A stretch of DNA of 57,384 nucleotides from a virus (lineage: Duplodnaviria > Caudoviricetes), in IMG/VR virus record IMGVR_UViG_3300028041_000098, positions 1-57,384 of that record. One strand, given 5' to 3'. Every line of letters begins with the position of its first letter. The stretch's first letter is position 1. Positions 36,055 through 45,612 of this stretch are shown here, in pieces. Under the pieces are notes generated by a model, which saw only the letters and a list, made by a program, of their open reading frames with translations, did no database searches and was not told the origin of the DNA. The translations under genes were made by a program, and so were the position numbers.

Positions 36055-37713
36055 ATGAACGCAGGCCAGGTGATCGAGCAGGACATCCCCGTCCACTTCT
36101 CCGTCCGCATCGCGAAGGTCGACAAGGAGAAGCGGGAGGTCGAGGGGATCTGCACGCAGGAGGTGGTCGACGTCCACGGCGAAGTGGTCGATCACGAGTC
36201 GATGAAGGCCGTCCTCCTGGAGTGGCCGGGCAACATCCGTGAGATGCACCAGCCGATCGCCGTCGGCAAGGCGGTGCGGGTGGAAAGCGACGACGCGGCG
36301 AAGGCCACGATCCTCCGCGCGCGGATCTCGAAGGGCGCGCCGGACACCTGGGCGAAGGTCGAGGACGGCACCCTCTCGATGTACTCCATCGGCGGTACCG
36401 GCAAGCGCGTCATCTCGAAGAAGGCGGACGGCAGCGAGGAGAAGCGGATTTTCCTCAACAAGCTCCACGAGATCTCGCTCGTCGACAGCGGCGCCTGCCC
36501 GACGGCGAGGTTCGAGGTCGTGAAGATGGTCGACGGTCACCCGACGGACGTGCAGCCGGAGGACGTCGAGAAGGGCGACGAGGCCTGCGCCGACTGCCAG
36601 AAGGCGAAGGCGGATTGCACGTGCAGCGCCGACAAGGCCGCGCAGCCGCGCGTGCTCGTCGTGCCGGCTCAGTTCGCGGAGCTGCTGGCGAAGCTCGCCG
36701 ACGCGCCCCGCGCCCTCGAGGTCCTGAAGGCCGCCGAGCCGAAGCTCACGGCACCGCTGCCGGAGGTCCCCGCCGGATCGGTCGAGAAGCGGTCCTACCC
36801 GACCCCCTACAACATCGAGCAGACGCTCGGCGCGATCGCGCTGCTCGAGCGGATCCTCGCCGAGGAGTGGTGGAAGGCCCGCGACGCCGAGAGCGCCGAC
36901 GAGGACGCCACGACCGACAAGGCGCAGCTGCAGGTCCTGCGAACCGCGATCGAGCTCGTGATCGCGTACCTGCTGTCCGAATTCAACGCGCAGTTCGCGG
37001 ACTTCGACGCCGAGGCCGCCGGCGTCTCGATCGAGAACGCGGCGATCACCCGCCGCGCGGCGCTCGTCGAGCAGGCCGCGTTCGCGCTGCCGATCGTCTT
37101 CCAGAAGCTCGATCACACCGGCCAGCTGTGGATCGCCAAGGCGGGCGCCCGCCACTCGAAGGCGGACACCCAGATGATCCAGGCGATGCACGACACGGCG
37201 GTCACGCTCGGCGCCACGGATTGCGCGAAGTGCGTCGAGTCCGCCACGAAGCGCGCCGACGGCACGCCGGCGACGCCCGTCCAGCAGGCCGCCGGCCTCG
37301 ACACCGAGGCCGTGCAGGCGATCGTGAAGGCAGCCGTCGACCAGGCGCTGCAGGCTCACAAGGCGACGTCCGACGAGGCGATGCGCGCGCAGAAGGCGGC
37401 ATCCGACGCGGCGATCGCGGAGCTGCAGGCGCGCGTCGAGAGGCTGTCGAACGAACCCGCGCCCGGCGGGCCGAAGGCCCGGGCCACCGGCACCGAGGGC
37501 ACGCCGGTGCACAAATCGATCGGCAACACCGGCCTCGCGGATTTCGCCGGGGTGGACCCGGCTGCCGTGGAGGCGTTCGCCCAGCAGCTGGCCAAGGACG
37601 CCAAGACCCAGGAGGAGCGCGATCGCATCGCCGAGAACCTCCTGAAGTTCCACCACACGACTGGCGCCGGCGCCGTCGTGATGCGGCAGTCGGAATCGCG
37701 CCGGCCATCCTGA
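36055..37713 (+). CDS. Prohead protease fused to scaffold
   Basis: NIREMHQPIAVGK, YSIGG, EISLVD; Ala-rich coiled-coil C-terminus. Confidence 0.88.
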   Translation: MNAGQVIEQDIPVHFSVRIAKVDKEKREVEGICTQEVVDVHGEVVDHESMKAVLLEWPGNIREMHQPIAVGKAVRVESDDAAKATILRARISKGAPDTWAKVEDGTLSMYSIGGTGKRVISKKADGSEEKRIFLNKLHEISLVDSGACPTARFEVVKMVDGHPTDVQPEDVEKGDEACADCQKAKADCTCSADKAAQPRVLVVPAQFAELLAKLADAPRALEVLKAAEPKLTAPLPEVPAGSVEKRSYPTPYNIEQTLGAIALLERILAEEWWKARDAESADEDATTDKAQLQVLRTAIELVIAYLLSEFNAQFADFDAEAAGVSIENAAITRRAALVEQAAFALPIVFQKLDHTGQLWIAKAGARHSKADTQMIQAMHDTAVTLGATDCAKCVESATKRADGTPATPVQQAAGLDTEAVQAIVKAAVDQALQAHKATSDEAMRAQKAASDAAIAELQARVERLSNEPAPGGPKARATGTEGTPVHKSIGNTGLADFAGVDPAAVEAFAQQLAKDAKTQEERDRIAENLLKFHHTTGAGAVVMRQSESRRPS

Positions 37714-37774
37714 GGACCTGCACGCACACAGTTTCGCCGCGTCGCCGCGGCATGGAGTCACGGAGTACACGACC

Positions 37775-39184
37775 ATGAAGAACATCCAGGAGCTCACCCA
37801 GGAGGCGGTGACGAAGATCACCGAGATCCTGAAAGGCGGAGGCGAGCCGTACAGCTCCGTCCGCAAGGAAGTCAACACCGCCACCGGCCTGGTGGCGTAC
37901 AACCTCGAGCCGATCGCGCGGCTCCTCCAGCCGGCGTACTCGCCGCTGCGCAACCGCATCCCGCGCGTCGGGAACACGAAGGGCGGCACCGCGGTCAACT
38001 GGAAGGTCATCCGGTCGCTCGACACCGCGAAGTCGGCCGTCTTCACCGCGGAAGGGGTCAAGGCGGCGAAGGTGTCGGTCACGGTGACCGACAGGAACGC
38101 CGCGTTCAAGACGATCTCCCTCGGCGACGAGGTGACGTTCAAGAGCCAGTGGGCTGGCCGCTCGTTCGAGGACGTGAAGGCGCGGACCATCCAGCGGTTG
38201 CTGAAGACCGGGATCATCCGCGAGGAGCAGGGGATCCTCGGCGGCCGCAACGCGGCGCTGCCGGCGGTGACCAACCCCACGGTCGCCGTCATCAACGGCG
38301 GCGGCACGGTGGCCGACGCGACGTACAACGTGCACGTGCGCGCCGTGGGCCACATGCCGGGCGAAGGCCTGACGGCCAAGGGCCGCTTCTCGGCGGCGGT
38401 GTCCACCGGTGCCGTGGCCAACGGCAACGACTCGATCATCACGGCCTCGGTGCCGTACGTCGAGGGGGCGAGCCGCTACGAGTGGTACGTCGGCGTGGGC
38501 GCCGACGCCAACTGCCGCCTCGAGGCGGTGACCCGCATCAACAGCGTCGCGATCAGCGCGCTGAAGGGCACCGGCGTCGACGTCGCGGCCGTGAAGGCGG
38601 CCGACACCGGCAACGGCGGTGACGTGCTGGCGTTCGACGGGCTGTTCGCGCAGCTCGACGGCCAGTTCAACATCAACAAGACCCTGCCGACCGGCGTCCT
38701 GGGCACCGGCACGCAGCTGTCGCTCGACGACGTCGACGGCGTCCTGCAGAACATGTGGGACGAGTACCGGACGGATCCGGACCTGATCTCGGTGAACTCC
38801 GAGGAGTCCATCAAGATCACGCAGCTCGTGCTCGCCGCCAACGGCGGCCCGACGCTGTACGTCACGCGGAACGACGACCAGTCGTCCGTCACCGGCGGCT
38901 ATCGGGTGACGCACTACATCAACAAGGCGACCGGGAAGGCCATCCCGATCGAGGTGCACCCGTACCAGCAGCAGGGGACGATCGGGATCTTCACGTTCGA
39001 GATGCCGTTCTCCGCGAGCGACATCGACAACCCGATCGAGATCGAGACGCTCCAGGAGTGGATGCAGATCGACTACCCGCCGACCCGTCCGGCGTGGGAC
39101 TTCGAGGTCCTCGTCGACGAGGCGGTGAAGATCTACTTCCCCGGCGCCAATGCGGTGATCCGGAACATCGCCCGTCGGGCGTAG
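37775..39184 (+). CDS. Major capsid protein with internal FN3/Ig-like insertion
   Basis: Position after protease; SPLRNRIPR, EEQGILGG, LAFDGL, IEVHPY; beta-rich insert with YNVHVRAV...VEGASRYEWYVG. Confidence 0.85.
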   Translation: MKNIQELTQEAVTKITEILKGGGEPYSSVRKEVNTATGLVAYNLEPIARLLQPAYSPLRNRIPRVGNTKGGTAVNWKVIRSLDTAKSAVFTAEGVKAAKVSVTVTDRNAAFKTISLGDEVTFKSQWAGRSFEDVKARTIQRLLKTGIIREEQGILGGRNAALPAVTNPTVAVINGGGTVADATYNVHVRAVGHMPGEGLTAKGRFSAAVSTGAVANGNDSIITASVPYVEGASRYEWYVGVGADANCRLEAVTRINSVAISALKGTGVDVAAVKAADTGNGGDVLAFDGLFAQLDGQFNINKTLPTGVLGTGTQLSLDDVDGVLQNMWDEYRTDPDLISVNSEESIKITQLVLAANGGPTLYVTRNDDQSSVTGGYRVTHYINKATGKAIPIEVHPYQQQGTIGIFTFEMPFSASDIDNPIEIETLQEWMQIDYPPTRPAWDFEVLVDEAVKIYFPGANAVIRNIARRA

Positions 39185-39195
39185 ATCGCGATCGT

Positions 39196-39233
39196 GAGGC
39201 TCGGTTCCTGGCGCGCGCTGGGAGCCGAGCCTT
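39196..39233 (+). terminator. Long hairpin after capsid gene (weak U-tract)
   Basis: GAGGCTCGGTTCCTGGCG / CGCTGGGAGCCGAGCCTT. Confidence 0.5.
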
Positions 39234-39270
39234 CCGGTCTGTCGGCTCCCCCTCTTCACAAGGCGTACTG

Positions 39271-39648
39271 ATGCGTCGTCATCGTTCTCCCGGACCGCGG
39301 GCGCGGCTGATCGCCCTGACCATCGGCGGCGCCGTGTGCGCCCTGATGGCGGTGCTCGGCGCCCAGCAGGTGATCTCGCGCGAAACGCTGACCATCACGG
39401 ACCAGCCCACGCGGATCGCGCCGGCGACGATCACCACAGCCACGGGCGAAGTCGCGCGCGAGTGCCGCGGCCGCCTCGAAACCGCGCAGGTCCGGTACTG
39501 GACCAGTGCGACGCCCACGGCGTCGGACGGGATCCTGCTGGAGGTCGGCGACACGATCGTGATTCGCGGTACCTCGAATCTGGAAACCTTCCGCGCCATT
39601 CGCACCGGCGCGACGAGCGGCAAGTTGCCGCTGGAGTGTGCACGATGA
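39271..39648 (+). CDS. Signal peptide + small beta protein (head decoration/spike base-like)
   Basis: n/h/c regions ending VLGA-QQ; VRYW...PTASDGILLEVGD. Confidence 0.7.
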   Translation: MRRHRSPGPRARLIALTIGGAVCALMAVLGAQQVISRETLTITDQPTRIAPATITTATGEVARECRGRLETAQVRYWTSATPTASDGILLEVGDTIVIRGTSNLETFRAIRTGATSGKLPLECAR

Positions 39649-40016
39649 CCTTCCGCGCCGTCTGGACGATTGTGATGTGCTGCAGCCTGCTGAGTGCCGC
39701 GTCGGCGCAGCAAGCTGCGGCGCCGTCGGAGGCACCGGCCAAGCCGACCCTGACGCGGGAACTGGAGCTCGAGCTCGAAGTGTTTGCGCTCACGGTCGAG
39801 AACGCGCAGCTGCGCGCCAACCTCGCCAAAGCCTCGAACGACGCGCTCGCGCTCGAAGCGCAGCTCCTCACCCAGCAGCTCACGGCCCGACAGAAGACCC
39901 TCGGCGAGAAGATGGTGCGCGCCCTCGGCGGGGACCCGGAGAAGGGCGACACGTTCGACTGGCAGACGAAGACGCTCGTGCGCGCGCCGACGCCGCCGAA
40001 AGGGCAGGAGCCGTGA
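39645..40016 (+). CDS. Signal peptide + coiled-coil protein
   Basis: MTFRAVWTIVMCCSLLSAASA-QQ. Confidence 0.75.
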   Translation: MTFRAVWTIVMCCSLLSAASAQQAAAPSEAPAKPTLTRELELELEVFALTVENAQLRANLAKASNDALALEAQLLTQQLTARQKTLGEKMVRALGGDPEKGDTFDWQTKTLVRAPTPPKGQEP

Positions 40017-41209
40017 GACGGACCGTCCTCGCGCTCGCGCTCGTCGTAGCCGTCGTCCGCCCAGCGGCCGGACAGGTGGAGATCATCCCGGCACGCGCGA
40101 CGCTCGCCATCCCCGGCGTCGACACCCAGGTCATCTTCAACGACGGCGGGACGTTCGGGGCGACATCCGGCCTGACGTTCAACAAGACGACTGACATCCT
40201 CTCAATCGGCGCGGCCGTCCGCGTGGGCGATGGCAGCGCGTCCGCGCCGTCCTTCACCTTCGGCAATAGCACAAACACGGGTTGGTATCGGGCCAGCAAC
40301 CAAGTGAACCTCGCCATGAGCGGGGTGAATGCGCTCTTGATTGAGAACGGCGGGAGCGGTTCGACGTGGACGCAGTTCCGAAGTGGGACGAGCTATCTCT
40401 ATCTCGGTTCGGGTGGTGCGACCCAACTCACACTAACGTCGGGATCAGTCCAGATTGCGTCGGCAAGCAATCTGTCGTGGGGGACGCCGGGAGGATCGTC
40501 GGATCTCACCGTTGTGCGCGATGCCGCGGACACCCTCGCGCTGCGGCGCGGGGCGAACGCGCAGACGTTCAGACTCTATGGCACGTTCACAGACGCGAGC
40601 AACTACGAACGACTCCACGCAGGGTGGGACGGCGACCGCTTCTCGGTGATGGTGCAGCAGGCAGGCACCGGCACGGCTCGCGCAATGCGCTTCGGAACGG
40701 CAGGAAACGCAGCCATTCAGTTCCGCACGAACAATACCGACCGTTGGACGATCAATGGCAGCGGCCATTTGCTTGCGGACGCCGACAACACTTACGACAT
40801 CGGCGCGAGCTTAGCAAATAGACCGCGAAATCTGTTTATCGGCGGCTTTCAAAGTCTGGCTGGCGTGTTGTATTTCACCAGCAGGAGCGCAATTTCCAGC
40901 CCTAGTGACGGGGTTCTACGCCTCACGAATAACGCTGAAAACGATTTCAACCGCCTCCAGTTCGGCGGCACGACGAGCAGCTTCCCGGGGCTGAAGCGAA
41001 ATGGAGCGGAACTCCAAGTGCGTCTTGCTGACGACTCTGTGTTTGCCAGCTTCCAGTCGATGTATCAGCGCGTGGGGTCTGGCTCTCCTGAAGGTGCTGT
41101 CACTGCTCCCGTAGGGGCGATCTACCACCGCACCGATGGCGGTGCAGGCACGAGCCTCTACGTCAAGGAATCGGGGACCGGAACCAACACCGGCTGGGTC
41201 GCCAAGTAA
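40013..41209 (+). CDS. Signal peptide + fibre/spike-like protein
   Basis: MRRTVLALALVVAVVRPAAG-Q; G/S/T/N-rich fibre repeats; C-terminal GSGSPEGAVTAPVGAIYHRTDGGAGTSLYVKESGTGTNTGWVAK. Confidence 0.8.
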   Translation: MRRTVLALALVVAVVRPAAGQVEIIPARATLAIPGVDTQVIFNDGGTFGATSGLTFNKTTDILSIGAAVRVGDGSASAPSFTFGNSTNTGWYRASNQVNLAMSGVNALLIENGGSGSTWTQFRSGTSYLYLGSGGATQLTLTSGSVQIASASNLSWGTPGGSSDLTVVRDAADTLALRRGANAQTFRLYGTFTDASNYERLHAGWDGDRFSVMVQQAGTGTARAMRFGTAGNAAIQFRTNNTDRWTINGSGHLLADADNTYDIGASLANRPRNLFIGGFQSLAGVLYFTSRSAISSPSDGVLRLTNNAENDFNRLQFGGTTSSFPGLKRNGAELQVRLADDSVFASFQSMYQRVGSGSPEGAVTAPVGAIYHRTDGGAGTSLYVKESGTGTNTGWVAK

Positions 41210-41219
41210 AGGAACACAT

Positions 41220-41507
41220 ATGCCTCGCATCACGCTCGAAGTCGATCTCACGGACGAGCAGCTCGCCGGGCTCGCGCACGCCATTCAGCGATCGGGCGCG
41301 GATCCGGCGCCGTCGCCCTCCGCGTATCTGCATGCGCGTGTGCAGGACCTCGTGACGAGCTACGCGCAGGCGCGTACAGCGGAGATCGCGCGGCAGTCGA
41401 TCGAGCCGATGATCCCGGCCTTCATCGCGGCGCCCCCCGGTCTCAAAGCGCAGGTCCTGCCCCTGCTGGAGGAGGCACGGCAGCTGTTGGGGGTGCCGAC
41501 GACGTAA
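41220..41507 (+). CDS. Small fibre-associated protein (chaperone-like)
   Basis: AAGGA RBS; resembles 53760-54044. Confidence 0.7.
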   Translation: MPRITLEVDLTDEQLAGLAHAIQRSGADPAPSPSAYLHARVQDLVTSYAQARTAEIARQSIEPMIPAFIAAPPGLKAQVLPLLEEARQLLGVPTT

Positions 41508-41643
41508 CGAGATCGCGACGGCGTGTCGGCGGGTCGGGGCCCCGGCAGCACGCACGAGCGGTGCACCGCAGACAGGCGCCGGGCCCTCCTGGGTGAAAGC
41601 AGGATCCCGGCGCCTGCGGTGCGACAGAGGAGACCAACGAATC

Positions 41644-42081
41644 ATGCAGCCGATCTTCGAAGTACCGGTTCCTGGGCGATGCGACGAGGTGCGCGTCGGT
41701 GGCGACGTGTATCCCGTCTTCACGCCGCACAAGTATCTCGGCCGGACGTGCCGCCGCGCCGCCCTCGTGGAAGCGCCGCTCGAGGTGGGCGTGCAGCAGG
41801 GCTGGACCCGGCGGATCGACGTCGAGGCCGGCCGGAAGGCGTACTACCTGGCGCTGGGCGCGGCCGCGGCCGACGCGATGCGGCAGGCCGATGCCGAGGG
41901 TCTCGACGCGGAGCGCCAGGCGCGCGAGGACGCGGAGCGCCAGGCGCGCGAGGCGGAAGACGCCGCCCGGGCAGCCGCGCAGCCCGACCCGGCGGCCGAC
42001 GCCGCATCGAGCGCCGCGCCGAGCGAGCCGGCGCCGGCGACGCCGCCCGCCACGAATGGTCGCCGGAGCCAGCGGCGGTAG
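41644..42081 (+). CDS. Hypothetical protein
   Basis: GAGGAG RBS after structured intergenic region. Confidence 0.65.
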   Translation: MQPIFEVPVPGRCDEVRVGGDVYPVFTPHKYLGRTCRRAALVEAPLEVGVQQGWTRRIDVEAGRKAYYLALGAAAADAMRQADAEGLDAERQAREDAERQAREAEDAARAAAQPDPAADAASSAAPSEPAPATPPATNGRRSQRR

Positions 42082-42084
42082 CCC

Positions 42085-42642
42085 ATGGACCCGCTCGCGC
42101 TGTTCGACCTGCCGGCGTTGAAGGCGCACTGCAAGATCTCCGCGGCAGACGGGACGCGCGACGCGATCCTGTCGGTCATCGGCAACGCCGCCTCGGCGTA
42201 CTGTGAGGCGCGCGTCGGCCAGCAGTTCAAGCCGCGCGTCTACACGATCGAGCGCAGCGGCGACGGCACGACGAAGCTCCTCCGGCTGCCGCGGCCGATC
42301 ATCTCGGTCGAGAGTCTGTCCGTGGACGGGATGGACATCGCGCCGTCGGAGTACTTCGTGTACGCGGAGGCCGGCAAGATCCAGCTGCGCACGCGGACGT
42401 TCCGCGCCGGCGTCGGCAACGTGCGGGTGATCCTCAACGCGGGCTACGACGAGACGCACCCGCGGCGCCGGCAGATCACCGCGGCCGCGCTCGACCTGGC
42501 GAAGAGCCACTACGACGAGTGGGACGCCAATGCCATCTCGGCGACGTCGATCTCCGTCGGCCCGCAGTCGATGGTGATCCGGCCGGGGCTGAACCCGCGC
42601 ATCGAGAAGTTCCTCGACTCGATCCGGGACGTGAGGGGGTAG
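42085..42642 (+). CDS. Head-tail adaptor (gp6/gp15-like)
   Basis: LKAHCKI...D..L...AASAYCE...PIISVESL...NVRVILNAGY. Confidence 0.85.
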   Translation: MDPLALFDLPALKAHCKISAADGTRDAILSVIGNAASAYCEARVGQQFKPRVYTIERSGDGTTKLLRLPRPIISVESLSVDGMDIAPSEYFVYAEAGKIQLRTRTFRAGVGNVRVILNAGYDETHPRRRQITAAALDLAKSHYDEWDANAISATSISVGPQSMVIRPGLNPRIEKFLDSIRDVRG

Positions 42643-42644
42643 GC

Positions 42645-42707
42645 ATGCGAACGCTGTCATTCATCGTGATGGTGCTGATCGCCGCGATGCATCCGCTGTT
42701 CGGGTAG
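42645..42707 (+). CDS. Possible 20-aa hydrophobic micro-ORF (MRTLSFIVMVLIAAMHPLFG)
   Basis: GAGGGG RBS; fills the gap between neck genes. Confidence 0.4.
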   Translation: MRTLSFIVMVLIAAMHPLFG

Positions 42708-42714
42708 CGACGCG

Positions 42715-43377
42715 ATGGAATTGCGGCTCAAGGCAGGCGAGGTCGTCTCCGACTACGGCCAGGCGTCGAAACTGATCGGGGCGAACATCGTCCGGCAGCT
42801 GCGCACGATCGGCGCAGCCCTGATCCGGATCATCGCCCGCGACAAGCTCTCTGGCGGCGGCGCCGCGGGGACCGGTGCGGCGCTGACGCGGCGGACCGGC
42901 ACGCTCACGCGCGCGCTGTTCTGGAAGTTGCGGCTCGACGGCAAGGACGCGGTCCTGATCGTCGGCGCCGACGGGAAGAAGGCCGCGTACGCCGCGATCC
43001 AGGAGGAAGGCGGGACCGTGCGCCCGGTGCACGCCGAGAACCTGACGGTGCCGCTCGAGGCGGCACGGACGGCGAAGGGCGTCGCCCGGTTCAGCGCGCG
43101 GCAGCTCTTCGACAATCCGCAGTCCGTCGGCTACGTCGACGCGTTCACGGCCAAGGGCGTGATCTTCGGCGTGAAGCAACGGAAGCGGAAGGGTGAGGCG
43201 GTCGACGGCTACGGGTCGATCGAGGCGCTCTTTGCGCTCAAGAAGCAGATCACGATTCCGGGGCGCCACTACATGCGGGACACCGTGCAGGAGCGCCGGG
43301 CGTGGATCCTCGAGCAGCTGGGCGCGGCGGCGGCGGACGGCGCGAACGGTGAGAAGACCGCTGGGAGCGACGGATGA
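42715..43377 (+). CDS. Neck/tail completion protein (HK97 gp10-like)
   Basis: RRTGTL...YAAIQEEGG...ITIPGRHYM. Confidence 0.75.
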   Translation: MELRLKAGEVVSDYGQASKLIGANIVRQLRTIGAALIRIIARDKLSGGGAAGTGAALTRRTGTLTRALFWKLRLDGKDAVLIVGADGKKAAYAAIQEEGGTVRPVHAENLTVPLEAARTAKGVARFSARQLFDNPQSVGYVDAFTAKGVIFGVKQRKRKGEAVDGYGSIEALFALKKQITIPGRHYMRDTVQERRAWILEQLGAAAADGANGEKTAGSDG

Positions 43378-43844
43378 TCTTCGACACGAAGCGCGGCAAG
43401 GCCCTGAAGGCGATCGCCGATCGGCTCCGCGCCATGACGGTGGCGACCGGGTACCACTGGGACGTCCGGCCCGGATCGGTATACACCGACCCGGTCAACC
43501 TGCTGGCGATCTCCGGGACCGAAGCGCCGCTGTTCCTGGTGGAGCTCTCGGAGAACAGCCGCGAGTTCCTGCCGGCGAACGAGCTCGAAGACGAATTTGA
43601 CGTCCTGATTACAGGGCTGGTGGAGGCGCCGGGCACCGCGCCCGACCGCAAGGTGATCGCCGGCGAGAACCTGATCGGCGACGTCGAACGGACGCTGTGC
43701 GTCGACGTGACGCTCGGCGGGCAGCTGTTCGATCTGCGCGTGGTGCACGCCGATCCGCCGCTGGCCGGCATGGGGACGCAGTCCAAGGTCGTGGTGTTGG
43801 TGACGGTCCGCTGCAGCCAGCATCGGCAGCACGGCGCACCGTAG
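43374..43844 (+). CDS. Tail terminator protein
   Basis: GY...P.F.V...LIGDVERTL..DVTLGG; position. Confidence 0.75.
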   Translation: MIFDTKRGKALKAIADRLRAMTVATGYHWDVRPGSVYTDPVNLLAISGTEAPLFLVELSENSREFLPANELEDEFDVLITGLVEAPGTAPDRKVIAGENLIGDVERTLCVDVTLGGQLFDLRVVHADPPLAGMGTQSKVVVLVTVRCSQHRQHGAP

Positions 43845-44007
43845 CGGTTGTTGGAGATCGCCAGGCGCGGGCGTCATGACCCCGCGTCCGCGCGCGCCCG
43901 TCGCGCTGGCGCCTCTCCCGAGTCACGGGTAGCGAGTTCGAGAGCCACCTCGCCCGCGGTCCGGCGCGTATGTCGCCGGCGCCCGCGGCTGGGTGGCTTT
44001 TCGTTTT
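43845..44007 (+). ncRNA. Structured leader RNA, copy 2 (before tail-tube module)
   Basis: UCAUGA-loop hairpin within junction, then AGAGCCAC...GUGGCUUUU hairpin. Confidence 0.55.
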
Positions 44008-44020
44008 GAGGAGGACACAC

Positions 44021-44305
44021 GTGCGACTGATGCGCTGCGCCTTGAGTTCGGTGTCGGAAATCTCCCTCAGCTACGGCGAGTTCAGCCGCGAGCTGGGCGG
44101 GGGCGCGGTGGTCGATTTCGACCAGGTCGTCGGGCGCCAGGCGGCCGTGACCGACGTCGACGGCCGCGAGCTCGCGCCGGCTCGGTCCGTCACGATCGAG
44201 GACCTGCTGGCCGGCCGGCTGGAATGCTTCGTGCCGGTGGAGGCAGCATCCCCGCAGGAGCGGCCGCGGCTGACGCCGGCGGCCACCGACGACGTCGAGG
44301 AGTAA
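44021..44305 (+). CDS. Small protein preceding tail tube
   Basis: GAGGAGG RBS, GTG start. Confidence 0.7.
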   Translation: MRLMRCALSSVSEISLSYGEFSRELGGGAVVDFDQVVGRQAAVTDVDGRELAPARSVTIEDLLAGRLECFVPVEAASPQERPRLTPAATDDVEE

Positions 44306-44349
44306 CAAACGACGCGCGCGCGAGGCGTGCGCCCCAGGAGTAGACCGCA

Positions 44350-45492
44350 ATGCGACAGGTAGGACGTCTCGGACGATTGCTCGCCTTCGAGGAAGCCGCG
44401 TACGGCGACACGCCGGCGCTGCTCGCCACGATGGCGGTGCGGCACCTCAATTTCACCGCCGAGTACCAGCCGCGGAACCGGGTGCCGAGCGAAGAAAAGA
44501 AGGCCACCCGTGGCCGCAAAGTGCGCTTCGATCGCGCGCGGACCGCAGGCTTCGATCTCACCGCGATCCTGCGCCCGTCGGGCACGATCGGCACGATCCC
44601 CGAGGCGCACACGCTGCTGCGACACGGGTTCGGGGCCGCGATCGTCGGCACGCTGAACGGCACGGTCGCGGCCGCGGCGTCGACGACCGTGTTCACGCTG
44701 CAGGCCGGCGAAGGCGCGAGCGTCGTCGCGGGCGAGTTCGTCAGCGTCCGTCGCGCGGCCAACGGCAACGTGCCCGAGGCGCGTCGCGTCCTCTCGAAGG
44801 CCGGCGACGAGCTGACGCTCAATGCGCCCCTCGGCGGGATTCCCGCGGCGAATGACACGGTCAAGGCGGGGGTGACGTACCGATTCGGCGCGCTCGCGAA
44901 GTCGATCGGATTCGCCCACTACCTGACGGACCTGAAGCGCACCGTCAAGGGCGGGCTCCCGAACGAGCTGACGCTCAGCTTCGAGCGCAACAAGGAGCCC
45001 GAGTTCCGCCTCGCAGGTCCGGCGCAGCAGGCCCCGCGCGGCGCCGCCGCGCTCCCCGGCTTCACGACGGTCGGTTCGCAGAACCCCCCGTCGGGGCTCG
45101 CCGGCAGCGGCCTGATTGTCAACGGCGTCGCGCGAAAGTTCATGAAGTGCGAGGTCTCGATCGATCTCGGCCGGGAGCTCATCTCGGAAAACTACGGGAC
45201 GTCGATGGCCGAGGCCTTCGACGAGCCGGACTTCCGTGACGTGACGTTCTCGTTCGAACGGCGCGCCGACACGGACTACACCCTGTACGACCTGGCGGAG
45301 GACGGTGCGCTGTTCGACTTGCTCCTGCAGACGGGGCTCACGGAAGGCAACATCGTCGCGATCCACGCGCCGAAGGCCGAGATCGAGCACGTGCCGCAGC
45401 TGCCGGACGACAACGGCGTGCTGACGCACAGCTTCGCCGGCGTGCTGAACGAGAACGCCGGCGACGACGAAGTCGCGCTCGGCCTGCTGTAG
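44350..45492 (+). CDS. Major tail (tube) protein
   Basis: EEAAYGDTP N-terminus, beta-rich; position before chaperone and tape measure. Confidence 0.82.
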   Translation: MRQVGRLGRLLAFEEAAYGDTPALLATMAVRHLNFTAEYQPRNRVPSEEKKATRGRKVRFDRARTAGFDLTAILRPSGTIGTIPEAHTLLRHGFGAAIVGTLNGTVAAAASTTVFTLQAGEGASVVAGEFVSVRRAANGNVPEARRVLSKAGDELTLNAPLGGIPAANDTVKAGVTYRFGALAKSIGFAHYLTDLKRTVKGGLPNELTLSFERNKEPEFRLAGPAQQAPRGAAALPGFTTVGSQNPPSGLAGSGLIVNGVARKFMKCEVSIDLGRELISENYGTSMAEAFDEPDFRDVTFSFERRADTDYTLYDLAEDGALFDLLLQTGLTEGNIVAIHAPKAEIEHVPQLPDDNGVLTHSFAGVLNENAGDDEVALGLL

Positions 45493-45498
45493 ATCGTC

Positions 45499-45612
45499 AT
45501 GTGCGAGCACCCGACGCATCTGTCGCCGACAGATCGTGTGCTCTTGAGACAGCTCCGGATCGCCGCCTGGACGTGCCCACGCTGCGCGCCACCTGGCGAT
45601 CCAGAGGAATAG
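45499..45612 (+). CDS. Possible 37-aa Zn-binding microprotein (MCEHPTHLSPTDRVLLRQLRIAAWTCPRCAPPGDPEE)
   Basis: Manual translation; CxH...CxxC; no clear SD. Confidence 0.4.
   Translation: MCEHPTHLSPTDRVLLRQLRIAAWTCPRCAPPGDPEE

Noticed and set aside
35857-38442. Long antisense ORFs (861 aa here; also 9267-11117, 29498-31318, 31838-33679, 54063-56024)
   Set aside because: Shadow frames of GC3-biased plus-strand genes, with no motifs or RBS
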